Below are positions 43,564 to 56,885 of a DNA stretch of 64,000 bases, piece after piece; position 1 is the first letter of the stretch; every line of letters begins with the position of its first letter. Origin of the DNA: Octopus vulgaris (taxonomy: Eukaryota); contig OX597822.1 of the NCBI GenBank assembly GCA_951406725.2, positions 26,660,001 to 26,724,000 on the forward strand, read 5' to 3'. Below the pieces are notes generated by a model that was not told where the DNA came from, made no database searches, and saw nothing but the letters and a program-made list of their open reading frames with translations. Both the position numbers and the translations under genes were made by a program.

Positions 43564-44185
43564 ATTATGAAGAATTTAGTAAAATAACTTCATCATTATG
43601 AAACTGGTGTTTGGAACATGTATTAACATGAAGTTTTAATGGAAGGTTCTAATGTAAATTAAATCACTCTAAATCAGGAATTTTGTATCATAGGACAGAG
43701 GTCAGTCTCAGGAGGGTTGGTATCTAAAAGGAAAGCTCCTTAAACGAGCAAATCAAATTGTCAGATGACTAATCAACAAAGACTTTGCAGTTATTCTGCT
43801 ATACAAAGCCAATATTGACTTTTGTTTTAATGTTGTATGCTTTTGCAAAAATTGCCATTACCTACTGTTAGAATGGTGTTATGCATTTTAAAGATTGTCT
43901 CTAAGGAACACACATTGGTTGTAAGTGGTGAGTTGGGAGATTGACTGATAAATGTGAGAGTTACATCTGCACTGACAAGATCCTGTATGCTGCAGTTTAG
44001 ATTAGCATACAGTCACAAATTTCATGTATCATATGTGCTGACATGGGTGCCGCTATGGGATTGTTTGACCTGGTAGATAAAGTAGACATGGTAACTACAT
44101 AGTGGCTAAATCTCCCTCAAATTACACCCTACCATCTTAGAAAAGAACATTTTGGATACTGGGATCCTGAGTTTTACGAGACTTT

Positions 44186-44770
44186 TATACTTTTATTTGT
44201 TTCAGTCATTTGACAGTAGCCATGCTGGAGCATCACCCTTAGTTGAGCAAATCAACCCCAAGACTTCTTCTTTGCAAGCCTAGTACTTATTCTATCAGTC
44301 TCTCTTGTCAAACCGCTAAATGACGGGGACGTAAACACACCAGCATCAGTTGTCAAGCGATGTTGGGGGGAAAAACACAGACACACAAACATATACATAC
44401 ATATGTATATATATAATCAAAATAAGCAACAAGGATATCCAGAGATAATGCAGTACAATCATTTCATGTGACTCCATTTAATTGAATGATGCAAATATTA
44501 CATCAATTTAAAATGTAGAGCAATCTTCTCAATGATATAGAATTTAATTAAATTTGAAGGACTCATTTGTATAGTTTTATCCAAAATCTTGGATATATAT
44601 ATATATACGATGGGCTTCTTTCAGTTTCCTTCTATCAAATCCACTCACAAGGTTTTGGTCGGCCCAAGGCTATAGTAGAAGACACTTGCCCAAGGTGCCA
44701 TGCAGTGGGACTGAACCCAGAACCGTGTTGTTGGTAAGTAAGCTACTTACCACATAGCCACTCTTGTACC
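44186..44770 (-). mobile_element. SINE family A interrupted by an insert of about 180 bp (44415-44595) in its TA tract
   Basis: Both halves match 43182-43563. Confidence 0.8.
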
Positions 44771-44804
44771 TAAGTTTTTTTTTTTTGCTTTTATTTCTTT
44801 CATC

Positions 44805-45185
44805 TGTTTCAGCTATTAGACTGTGGCCATGCTAGAGCACTACCTTGTAGAACTTTTAGTTGGATGAATTGACTCCAGTGCATTTTTTTTAAAGCCTGGT
44901 ACTTATTCTATTGGTCACATTTTGCTGAACTGCTATGTTATGTGGGCATAAACAAACCAACACCAGTTGTCTAGCAGTGGTGGGAAACAAACACAGACAC
45001 AAAAACATGCACACACACACACATATAACAGGCTTCTTTTAGTTTCCATCTATCAGATCCACTAACAAGACTTTGGTTGGCCTGAGACTACAGTAGAAAA
45101 CACTTGCCCAAGCTGTCATGCAGTGGAATTGAAACCAGAGCCATGTGCTTGGGAAGCAAGTTTCTTACCACACAGCCATGCCTGT
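44805..45185 (-). mobile_element. SINE family A (older subfamily)
   Basis: Matches the reference copy with more divergence. Confidence 0.75.
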
Positions 45186-45661
45186 TTCTTGAACATATGA
45201 ATGAGAGGAGATAGTCATGGCTGGAAAGCCTTTGATCATAGATCTATTCAGTCAGAGCTGACCTGAGGCTAAACAAGAACAAAACCACCAACAACAGCAT
45301 GTACCATATAGTGTCATGTGACATGTAAACAAAAGAGAAAATGCGGGGCTCATGGTAAATTATGTATCATTTCAAAAGGCATACATACTCAGCTTTTCTC
45401 ATTTGAGTTGTTATTTATCTCTAGGCCAGCCCTGACTGAACTGTCCTATGATCATGTGATCACCCCTTTGTAGTTTAGCCCTCAAGTTGAACATAACTGA
45501 GTAATCCTATGATGAAAGGATCAAAGGTATTCTGTCTATGAAATCTCTATTCCTTCTTGAAAGCTAATGTATCTAAACTACATTATTCAATGTGCCTCAT
45601 TGATTTGACCCTTCTGCATTCAGATTACTCTGTCAAATGTAATTCTTATTTATTGACATTT

Positions 45662-45996
45662 ACCTGCGTCGCCTTACTGGCACTTGTGCTGGTGGCATGT
45701 GAAAAAACATTCGAGCGAGGTCGTTGCCAGTGCTGCTGGACTGGCTCCTGTGCAGGTGGCATATAAAAAGCACCATTTGAGCGTGGCCGTTGCCAGTACA
45801 ACCTGACTGGCCCTCGTGCCGGTGGCACATAAAAGCACCCACTACACTCTCGGAGTGGTTGGCATTAGGAAGGCAATCCAGCTGTAGAAACTCTGCCAGA
45901 TCATATTGGAGTCTGATGCAGCCATCTGGTTCGCCAGACCTCGGTCAAATCGTCCAACCCATGCTCGCATGGAAGGCGGATGTTAAACGATGATGA
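45662..45996 (+). mobile_element. RTE LINE 3' UTR fragment nested in a MITE
   Basis: Shared subunits and (GAT)n tail. Confidence 0.85.
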
Positions 45997-46887
45997 TTGT
46001 CTTTAATTAATCATACATTTTCATGTAGCTTTAATATTTTGATGGTGTGATCTTTGACTTTTAGAATGGCTTTGTAGGATAGGTGTGATAGGCTGGATCT
46101 GGCTGGTTTGAACATAATAAAAGTAGAATATTTGGGCCGAATATAGCCGATTTAAATGTTAAAGGGTTAAAGATAGGAAAAATTACTGTCTGATATAATC
46201 TGAAGGAAATTTGGCTGCTATTTCTAACAGATCAATTGACCAGGCAGATCTCCCTCAGTGACTAAATTGTTGATGTGAAGAAATAAAATAGCATTAAACT
46301 AGAATTGGAATGCATTAAGCTTTTTACTCTCTCTTTAATATTTTCCCCAACAAGCTTTATAAAAAAAGTAAATAAACAACAATTACCTCATTGGTAATCT
46401 CTAATGATAAAGGAAATTTCTGGAAAAAAAAACCGGTTTAAATATTTAAAAAAAAAAGTACAAAATGTGAATCGTTATTTTTTTATTTTTTTTTTTGTGG
46501 TATTAATAATGCTGTCATTACTGAAAATTTATAACTTTTCTGGATACTGGATATGCTTCTTTCTTTTTTTGCTTCTTTGGCTATCAGTTGAATTGCCGTC
46601 AGTCCATATCATCATCATCATCATCATCATCATTACTATTACTAGCATCATTGTTGTAGCTAAGGCAGCTAGCAGCTGAATTGGTAGCATATCTGACAAA
46701 ATGCTTGGCAGCATTTCTTTTAGTTTTATACAGTCTAAGTTCAAAATTCTTCCAGGATTATCTTTGCTTTTTTCATTTCAAAATCAATAAGATAAAGTAC
46801 TAATTAAGTACTGGAGTCATATGTAGTCAACTTGTCCCTTCCCATCAAAATTGCTCATGCTAAGATTTGAAATCATTATTATTGTAA

Positions 46888-46920
<33 letters not shown>

Positions 46921-47472
46921 GAGTGAGAGAGCAGTGCATGCCATTAAAGTGACACTGGAGTAAATATACGAAGCCCAGTATACCCATCATGACTACCCGT
47001 CTGATAAGGGTAAACTAGGCTCATGCATCACAACCATATGTGCGCGACATGGTGATCTCATATCAAGATAAACAGCACATGACCTTGCAGGTGGAGCCTA
47101 ATTAGAATTTTCTTTTGGTCGAGTAGCCCATCCCGCTCAAAAGGTCCCTGAAAAAGGATTGTTTAAGGATATTGAATGAACCACCCATGTTTCTAAAGGA
47201 AAATTATCCAAACCCCAAGAATTCTTTTCAACACATGGCTATGATGCTCCCCCACTACTTCTGCTCATGATCAGAGATGCACATATCGTCAGCCACTAAG
47301 GAACATGCTCAACTTGTTTAGGTCAAGCAACTGACAAACAAATCTGTGGTATTGAGCAGAATATTTGCTGTAGCCCATCTTTTATACCAATACAAAACAA
47401 TGTACATGATAACACTTCCAATCAGTTAAGATCAGAAGCCATGAGAGCCACTGCCTGGTACTGCATCAGGGC

Positions 47473-47475
<3 letters not shown>
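46921..47475. mobile_element. About 555-bp non-coding element inserted within an (ATT)n tract
   Basis: A GC-richer unique block with sharp borders and (TTA)n on both sides (46890-46920 and 47474-47725). Confidence 0.6.
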
Positions 47476-47509
<34 letters not shown>

Positions 47510-47641
47510 GTTATCATTATTATTATTATTATTATTGTTATCATTATTATTATTATTATTATTGTTATCATTATCATTATTATTATCATCGTTATTATCA
47601 TTATTATCATCATCATCACCATCACCATCATCATTATTATC

Positions 47642-47694
<53 letters not shown>

Positions 47695-48098
47695 CATTAT
47701 TATTATTGTTATTATTATTATTATTAAGGCGGTGAGCTGGCAGAATTGTTAGAAAGCTGGGCAAAATGCTTAGCAGCATTTTATCTGTCTTCAAGTACTG
47801 AGTTTGATTTCTGCTGAGATCAACTTTGCCTTTCATCTTTTTTGGGGATTGATAAAAAATAAGTACCAGTTGAGTGCTGAGGTTGATGTAATTGACCATC
47901 ACCATCACCATCATCAGCATCATCACCATCACCATCACCATCATCATCAAGAAGAAGCTCTTCCACTTTTCCTTCTGCGTGATGTAATTAGCATACAGAT
48001 ATTTATTTGTGCGCCATGTTTCCAGACCACTAAAAACTGATAGCAATTAATTATACTGTTGTCATTCTTGTTTTTATTTATGGTTTAAAACACACACA

Positions 48099-48158
<60 letters not shown>

Positions 48159-48477
48159 CATTCTGACAAAAGAATGAGGTTAATAACCCAGTCCAATCAA
48201 TTTTTCAAATGTTTTTATTGCTTAGGCTGTATAGTCTGTTTCTTTGAAATTGTCATTTCCCTGCTCCCTTTTTTCCCTGTTACTAGGTTTATTTCACTTT
48301 ATGCTTTATGTATGCAAGGCCACAATTTTTTTATTGATCATAACCAAGCTGTTGCCCTGGGCCACTTAACACTTTGTCTGACATTGATGTGCTCTCTTGA
48401 AGGACTCATTACCCTAATATGGGAACAATGGTGTAAGTACTGTGGTGGGGGTATGCAAACCACACAGGGGTGGTGGG

Positions 48478-48549
<72 letters not shown>

Positions 48550-48554
48550 TATAT

Positions 48555-48585
<31 letters not shown>

Positions 48586-48849
48586 TCTATATATTCTATA
48601 TATTCTATATATTCTATACAGTCAAAAATTGTAAGCATGACTGTCAACACTACTACATGAACCCGAAGATTGCAGAATTCAATGCATGAAAGTACTAGTT
48701 CAATCAGAATGAATATTTAACATTCTACTATTTCATTTTATTTTATTCAATTATATATATTATCTTATATATATCATTATAAGATATAAAACGTGAAAAT
48801 CAGACAAGGTTGGAATTCTTTATTAATATATATACACAATCACACACAC

Positions 48850-48897
<48 letters not shown>

Positions 48898-48900
<3 letters not shown>

Positions 48901-49243
48901 AGTTAGTTAGTTAATTTGGCTCAAAAGCAAATAGCAAGGCCATGTAGGGGGACATGGAGTTAAGTACAGGGTGGTGTTCATGTAAAGAGTTCAGGCCACT
49001 TGAGGTCCAGGGAGTCTTTGAACAGAGCGGTCGTCGGCATCTTCACCATCTCGTCTGGCAGCTTGTTCCACGGATCCGCAACCCGGACGAAGAAAGCTCC
49101 TCTCCTTCGATTGAGATGAAATCATCGCAGGTAGAGCTTTTCGGAATGACCCCGCAGCCGACGCTCCGGAGCAGGAGTGAAGAACAGCTCTTTCGAGAGG
49201 TTACACTTCCCGCTTATGATGTTGTGGGCGAGAATGAGATCAC
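48898..49243 (-). mobile_element. Young CR1-clade LINE 3' end with a (TAAC)n tail
   Basis: Minus strand DLILAHNIISG...LRGHSEKL...RRRGAFFVRVADPWNKLPDEMV...FKDSLD...* (stop at 48978-48980). CpG-rich with one internal stop; short 3' UTR then taactaactaac. Confidence 0.88.
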
Positions 49244-49932
49244 TCTACTATAGCCTCGGACTTGTGAATGGATTTGGTAGACGGAAACTGAAAGAACTCC
49301 ATCATATATATGTGTGTTTGTGTGTCTATGTTTGTCCCCATCCCCATCATTGCTTAACAACCGATGTTGGTGTGTTTACGTCCCCATAACTTAGTGGTTC
49401 GGCAAAAGATCTAATAGAATAAGAACTAGGTTTACAAAAATAAGTCCTGGGGTCGATTTGTTTGACTAAAGCGGTGCTCCAGCATGGCTGCAGTCAAATG
49501 ACTAAAACAAATATATATATGTTCATATACTTCTATTCATATATTTGTTTCAGTCATTTGACTGCAGCCATGCTGGAGCACTGCTTTAGTTGAACAAATC
49601 GAGCCCAGGACTTATTCTTTGTAAGCCTAGTACTTACTCTATTAGATCTTTTGCCGAACCACTAAGTTACAGGGATGTAAACACACCAACATCGGTTTTT
49701 AAGCAATGATGAGGATGGGGACAAACATAGAGACACAAACACACACACACACACACGCACACACATATGACGGAGTTCTTTCAGTTTTCATCAACCAAAT
49801 CCACTCACAAGGTTTTGGTCGGCCTGAGGCTATAGTAGAAGACACTTGCCCAAGGTGTCATGCAGTGGGACTGAATCCAGAACCATGTGGTTGGCAAGTA
49901 AGTTACTTACCACTCAACCACTCCTGCGCCTG
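49244..49932. mobile_element. Tail-to-tail inverted pair of family-A SINEs (49244-49510 +, 49545-49932 -)
   Basis: Both copies match the reference copy and share private variants (agatctaatag; catc(c/t)catcattgcttaa). Confidence 0.85.
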
Positions 49933-51627
49933 TGTGTTTGCCTAGTACGTATACAAAGTTATATTCCATTTCACAAAGGAAGTGGAGAATTCAGCTCTAC
50001 TGCACAGGGTAACCAAAATCTATCCTATTGCCACTATATGGGGAAACTAGTGATAAACATGGGTATTTTAGGCTAGAGTGTTTTATTTTCTAGCCTGAAG
50101 TTGATTAAAACCTTATGAGTGAAATTAAATGGATGTAAACTGAATGGAAATGCATCCGGTTCATTGTAGCGCATAGTTTGTTCTTGTTGATTCAACCTAA
50201 AAATGATGTTAAGGGTATGTGTATCTGTGGAATACTCAGCCACTTATACAGTATATTAATTTAACTGGTAGGTCATTAAGTTGAGTGAGTATCTGTATGA
50301 TTATTGTCAAAACTTATGGTGGGTCTATCATAAAGGAAAATTTTCATGTTTTTTTTGTTTACCAAAATATTTTTTATGTTTTACTTGTTTCGGTCATTAG
50401 AACGTGGCCATGCTGGGGTACTGCCTTGAAGAATTTTAAAGTCAAATGAATTGACCCCAATACTTATTTTATTTTTTAAAATCCTCGTGCTTGTTCAATC
50501 ACTCTTTTTTGCTGAACCACTAAGTTACGGGAAAGTAAACACACTAACGCAGGTTGTCAAGTATTGGTGGAGAACAAACTCAGACACACACACACACACT
50601 ATTCATATTTTGTATATGGCAGATGCATATGAATGCACTTATGGAAGCTCCTATGCTACTTGTCACTAGCTACCGTATATCATTCCCAACATACTGAGTT
50701 AACTGTATGGGATTGTTATATACATGGCACTCCTACTCCATGTAGTATAAGATACATATAATCCAAAACAGATAATGATGGAAAAAAAAAACTTTTACTC
50801 ATTATTTTAACTATTTGTTTATTTATTAGAGAAATACAGGTGGGGATGGTGTGCTGGATGGTGTCCTATTCCCATGTCAGCTAAATATGTCTCATCTTCA
50901 ATACATTCATTTTTCTTTTCCTGTTTCTGTCTCTCTTCCCCCATGTTCCCCAATTTTTTTTTTTCCTGTCGGTGCACACTTGAATACAACTCACAGTTTT
51001 ATCTCCCCCTCTTCTTTTCATTTTCTTTCTCCTCCCCATATTCCATTTCCACAAATATAACTATCTCTCTCGAAGTTCTTGCTTCTATCTATACATCCTT
51101 CTATTTAATAGTTTATACACTATTGCCCAAGGTTCCCATGGTCTTTTCCGTAGGCTTTCCTATCCACGGACAAACCTAATCTGTTAGCCTTCTGGCTTCC
51201 CAGACCCCAGTTGAACCATCCAACCCATGCTAGCATGGAAAGTGGATACTAAACGATGATGATGATGATGATGATGATTTCTGTGATACACAATCCCTAT
51301 TGATTGTCCCCAATTTTTTTTTTTTTTCACGATCCCTTTTGATCGGAATTTGTCCCCCCTTTTTTTTCCTTCTTCCCGAAAAGAAAAGCTCTACTTCATA
51401 TTTTGTCTATTTTGTGTTCAGTCCTACATGGCCAGTAAAGAAATCTATCTAGTAGTTTGTAACAATTCACAAGCACTGTCCATTAATCCAGCAGAATGTT
51501 TTGTTTGGTGCAGAATGATTGATATCCTGAAGTCTAAGCAAGGAAATCCAATGTAAACTAATGCAAAAACTGCCTGAAGAAGTATGCATGTTGAATTAAT
51601 GGGTTCCCATAGGGTCCATGGATATTA

Positions 51628-51857
51628 TTCTTTTACTTGTTTCAGTCATTTGACTGTGGCCATGCTGGAGCACCACTTTTAGTTGAGTAAATCGACCCCA
51701 GGACGTATTCTTTGTAAGCCTAGTACTTATTCTATTGGTCTCTTTTGCCAAACTGCGAAGTTACGGGGACGTAAACACACCAGCATCGGTTGTCAAGTGA
51801 TGTTGGGGGGACAAACACAGACACACAAACATATACACGCACATACACACACACACA

Positions 51858-51928
<71 letters not shown>

Positions 51929-52146
51929 TCGGGGTGAGTACTTGATACTTATAAGCACCTGTGTATACCGTTTGGTGCATCCCCAACCAAGAATTTTTGA
52001 TGTAACACATGTCCTTGTGGAAGCTGTTGTGCGTGGCTGAAGAAGGCCACAGACATACATTATGCATTGTTATAAATCTGTCTAATAAAGGCCCGAAACA
52101 TATGTACCGCTGAATCCTTGGCATCATGTTTTTATTTTGATCAATT

Positions 52147-52177
<31 letters not shown>

Positions 52178-52352
52178 AAACATATATACGATGGGCTTCT
52201 TTCAGTTTCCGTCTACCAAATCCACTTACAAGGCTTTGGTCGACCCAAGGCTATAGTAGAAGACACTTGCCCAAGGTGCCACGCAGTGGGACTGACCCCA
52301 GAACCATGTGGTTGGTAAGCAAACTACTTACCACACAGCCACTCCTGCGCCT
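51628..52352 (-). mobile_element. SINE family A interrupted by a hammerhead-bearing insert
   Basis: Tail half 51628-51835 and head half 52186-52352. Confidence 0.85.
51923..52146 (+). mobile_element. Small insert in (TA)n with a type-I hammerhead (52033-52110)
   Basis: GTGG-CTGAAGA-aGGCC...GGCCc-GAAAC-atat-GTA-CCGC. The core is intact and stem III is the palindrome ACATATGT. Confidence 0.75.
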
Positions 52353-53214
52353 ATAGCTATGAATAATGTTTAATAATATCCTATGGATATGGTGAGGTGG
52401 TCCCATAAAACTACATGTCATGTTGAAGCACATGTAGCAATACATTAATAAAAATATAAAATCTCCATCTGTGAAGCATTTCTTGCTAATAATTTGTGTT
52501 TTATATATATATGATGGGCTTCTTTCAGTTTCCATCTATCAAATCCACTCAGAATACTTTGGTCAGACTAAGGCTATAAGAGTAGAAGACACTTGCCTAA
52601 GGTGCCATCCAGTGGGACTGAATCCAGAACCATGTGGTTGGGAAGCAAGCTTCATACCATATAGTCATATCTGTGCCTATGAAGAAAAGTTATGAAAATT
52701 GTGTGTTAATTTCCTCTGAAACCATGAAAAATAGATGTTAAGTCCCCCATGAATTACAACCTTATTATCTTAAAAAAGAAGGACACATTAGTTGGATAAT
52801 GTAGTTCTAGATGTACAGTCTCTGAAAAAAATGTGCAAATGATGAGACAGTCATTATTCTGTTCAACCAAGGGTTGTTCTGAGGTTAAACAACAACAAGC
52901 ACATGTTTGTTCACCCTGCTAGTAATACAAGTTAGATCTCCCTCAAATCACATCTTATGGTCCTTATAAAAGGAAGTCATGCTGGCTAATGTAAACTCTA
53001 GATACAATCTGTAAAAGAAAGGGAAAGTTGGGATGATCTCAGCTGGAATGACTCTGATCAAAAATCAGCTTTGTTTGTTGCCTGACCTGGAACTAAACAA
53101 CAGCAGCATAGTATCAAATGTTTTGAGAAGTAGAAAATGATAATGTGCATCATAGAAGTACTACTCAAGACCACTAATAATTTAAGTGATGGCCATTAAA
53201 ATGATGATGAGGAG

Positions 53215-53400
53215 TGTGTATGTATGTATGTATGTATGTATGTATGTATGTATGTATGTATGTATGTATGTATATATGTATGTATGTGTGTATGTATGTA
53301 TGTGTGTGTGTATGTGTATGTATGTATGTATGTGTGTGTGTATGTATGTATGTATGTATGTATGTGTGTGTGTGTATGTATGTGTGTATGTATGTGTGTA

Positions 53401-53451
<51 letters not shown>

Positions 53452-53486
53452 ATGTATGTATGTATGTATGTATGTATGTATGTATG
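53215..53486. repeat. (TATG)n/(TG)n microsatellite
   Basis: Directly visible. Confidence 0.95.
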
Positions 53487-53894
53487 TTACTTGTTTCAGT
53501 CATTGGACTGCAGCCAAGTTCGGTGCACTACTTCGATAGGTTTAGGTGAAGAGATTGACCTCAGTAGTTCTTTTTATAAGCCTGATACTTATTCTATTGG
53601 TCTGTTTTGCCAAACTGCTAAGTTATGGGGACATAAACCAACACAATAGAAAAGTGGTGGTGATGAACAAACACAAAGACACATACACACACACACACAT
53701 ACACACGTATATATATGTATACACACACCCACTCATGAAAGGCTTATTTTTAGTTTCTGTCTACCAAATTCACTCACAAAGCTTTGGCTGGCCCAGGTCT
53801 ACAGTAGAAGATATTTGCCCAAAGTGCTGCACAGTAGGATTGAACCCAAGACCACCTGGTTGGGAAGCAAATTTCTCAACCACACAGTCACACC
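53487..53894 (-). mobile_element. SINE family A (older)
   Basis: Matches the reference copy and abuts the hammerhead at 53895. Confidence 0.75.
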
Positions 53895-53981
53895 TTCCTG
53901 ATGAGAAGACGGCATAATGCACCCTTTATTCCTTCGGAATTAAGAATATGCAGTCTTCGAAACATATGTCGAGAATAAAGG
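53895..53981 (+). ncRNA. Type-I hammerhead ribozyme, canonical core
   Basis: ttc-CTGATGA(53898-904)-GAAGAC-ggcata...tatgca-GTCTTC-GAAAC(53959-63)-atat-GTC(53968-70)-gag. Perfect 6-bp stem II base and GUC cleavage triplet. The loop-II cctttattc is complementary to gaataaagg just downstream. Confidence 0.8.
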
Positions 53982-54016
53982 AATTTTGTTAAATCGTCGT
54001 TCGACTCCATTCTTTC

Positions 54017-54068
<52 letters not shown>

Positions 54069-54078
54069 CATATATATA

Positions 54079-54304
54079 TCCTCAGCAAATCATAAATCCA
54101 AAAGAGCAGCATGCTCTAAGTTATAAAGCAGTAGAGTAACTAGATAAAGATAGTTATGGCCTGTCTATGAGATTACCCAGGGTTTCATGTCCATAAATCG
54201 CTTAGTTTTACAGTGTTTCTTCAGAACCTAATGGCCAGTAGCCTATAACCGGCTCTTCAAAGTGATGGGAGAAAAGACCTTGTTATTAGTTGGTGAACAC
54301 ATTG

Positions 54305-54310
<6 letters not shown>
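54079..54310 (-). mobile_element. Small insert in (TA)n with a degenerate hammerhead motif (54170-54229)
   Basis: Minus strand ggtt-CTGAAGA-...ctgtaaa..tttatgg...-GAAAC-cctgg-GTA-atct. Confidence 0.45.
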
Positions 54311-54345
<35 letters not shown>

Positions 54346-54346
<1 letters not shown>

Positions 54347-54568
54347 AGGTGGCGAGCTGGTAGAAACGTTAGCACGCCGGGCGGAATGCGTAGCCATATT
54401 TCGTCTGCCGTTACGTTCTGAGTTCAAATTCCGCCAAGGTTGACTTTGCCCTTCATCCTTTTGGGGTAGATAAATTAAGTACCAGTTACACACTGGGGTC
54501 GATGTAAACGACTTAATCCGTTTGTCTGTCCTTGTTTGTCCCCTCTGTGTTTAGCCCCTTGTGGGTAG

Positions 54569-54575
<7 letters not shown>
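54346..54575 (+). mobile_element. SINE family B
   Basis: Near-identical to 4354-4585. Confidence 0.85.
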
Positions 54576-54602
<27 letters not shown>

Positions 54603-55527
54603 CATTCTCATCTTAAGAAGACTCTTTGTGGTTCTCTGGAAGAACTTTATGCAATATTAAGAACAGGCACCAGATGCAAGTCAAAGTGTTCAAAGCGAAA
54701 TGAAAATAAAACATAGAGAATGCGATGTAGATAGAAAGAAGAAAAAAAGGGAAGAGAAAAGAGCAGTTGCTGAAGAGTTTTGAAACTAAACTGATAAAAG
54801 AAAGCTTTGGAAATGACTATTCTCACTTGGACAGCTAGGTCATGTTAACATTCACATATTTCAAATTAAATATTTAAATAGACGTTATAAAATGCTTATA
54901 TCAGTAGAGTTAGTTTATTAGCAATTTGAAAGGAAGCATGTGTGGCACTAAATACATGATAGGGCAGTTAATGACATTTAGCCGGATTGATAAAACAATT
55001 AAACAAGTTAACTGCTTATGCCGTAGTCCCCCCTGCAGTTAGGAAACAACCCTTAGACACTAAATGCATTGTTCTAATGCATTAATATTCTTTTAGCATA
55101 TTGCAGCAAAAATTTGGAACGATTACAAAGATATCATGCACTTGTTGTTTAACCCTAGGTTTGCCCTAATTGAGCTTTCCAACTACGGTTACAGTGTATC
55201 CTCAAACTGCATTATCCAATATGTCTCTCCTTCTATAAAACTCTATGTTGTAATTTGAGGGAGACTTAGTAACTACTTCTAGCACATACAGGATCTATTG
55301 TTGGCCCATACTGTACACTTGCTGATGTTGCTGTTTTACATATCGTTACTGCTGTTATTGATTCTAGAGTGAAAGTAGGGAGTACCCCCTATCACTTCTA
55401 TCTGTATAGTTATTACTTTAAAGATTCTAATAATTACATAGCCCAATCAATTTGATCCCCCTTGGTAATAGGGGCTACTTCAAGGCCTTAATCTTCAAGT
55501 CATAAGGTGATTATTCTTAATGATATT

Positions 55528-55820
55528 CATCATCATCATCATCATCATCATCGTTTAACGTTCGCTTTCCATGCTAGCATGGGTTGGACGATTTTGACTG
55601 AGGGCTGGCGAACCAGATGGCTGCACCAGGCTCCAATCTTGGTCTGGCAGAGTTTCTACAGCTGGATGCCCTTCCTAACGCCAACCACTCTGAAAGTGTA
55701 GTGGGTGCTTTTTATGTGGCACTGGCATGAGGGCCAGTCAGGTGGCACTGGCAGTGACTTCGCTTGAATCTTTTTACACATGCCACCGGCACAGGTGCCA
55801 GTGAAGCAACGTTGGTAACC
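55528..55820 (-). mobile_element. RTE LINE 3' UTR fragment
   Basis: (CAT)n tail plus the shared sequence. Confidence 0.8.
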
Positions 55821-56256
55821 ACATAAAAATCACCCAGGACACACAGTGAAATAGTTGGCATTAGGAAGGGCATTCAACCATAGAAATCATACCAAAGGAG
55901 ACATTGGTGCATGATACTGTCCTCCAACTTGTTAGAACCTACCACACTGTCAACCCATAGCAGCATGGAAGCTTGCTATTAAATGATGATGATTATCTTA
56001 TCTTTATTGGACAGTTGCTTCTTTGGGTTTTAAATGTGGTTCGTTATTTCAAATTGGTAGAAGCTCGTTAAAGATTTTAGCTGGGTTTTGTAATAAATGA
56101 GAACTCCCTCATTAGCTTGTTCATTTAGTGTAAGGTTTCAATTTACTTATCCAAGAAAAAGTTACTTTCAACTTCAGGAGTTATTTTCAACTTCAGTATT
56201 TTTAAAATACAATATCCACAATTATAATTACCTGTATATTAATAACATCTTTGATA

Positions 56257-56299
<43 letters not shown>

Positions 56300-56558
56300 T
56301 TAGAACTTATTTATTATTAGATACTTATATATATATATATAAGTTAGAGTGTTTAAAACCTCTAAGGAATGGTTAAATCCTGGTGATTAACTGTGTAGGT
56401 ACAGTCCTTGGTAAAGGTATATGGTAGCTGGTAATTCAACAGATAAACTGTAGTTTAAATTATTTTCTTCTTGCATATATATACATATATACACACACAC
56501 ACACACACATATATCATAGGTAGATATTTCTATTGTATATATATATATATATATATAT

Positions 56559-56885
56559 AACTGGCACTCTGTTAGTTATGATGATGAGGGTTCCAGTTGA
56601 TCCAATCAATGGAACAGACTGCTCATGAAGTTAACATGAAAATGGGTGAGCACTCTACAGACATGTGTACTCTTAACGTAGTTCACAAGGAGAGTTAGTG
56701 CAACACAGAATGTGACAAGGCCAGCCCTCTGAATTAGAGGTACAATTCATTTTTGCCAGCTGGGTAGACTGGAGCAACACGAAATAAAATGTTTTATTCA
56801 TGGACTCAACGTGCTGTCAGGACTCGAACTCATGACCTTACAGTTGTGATTTCATTATCCTAACCTCTAAACCATACACCTTCAC
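56559..56885 (-). mobile_element. SINE head H2 (CORE-like) + tail T4
   Basis: Reverse complement ...ttgctccagtctacccagctggcaaaaatga, as in 59310-59340, followed by a different tail. Confidence 0.65.

Noticed and set aside
47420-47475. Resemblance to U2 snRNA fragments (atcagtt..., cctggta.tgca)
   Set aside because: Matches are too short and are not spaced as in U2.
47432-48046. Poly-Asn/Asp ORF of 204 aa
   Set aside because: Translation of (ATT)/(ATC) microsatellites plus a SINE.
54765-54795. CTGAAGAgttttGAAAC as a hammerhead
   Set aside because: No stem II and no valid cleavage triplet.
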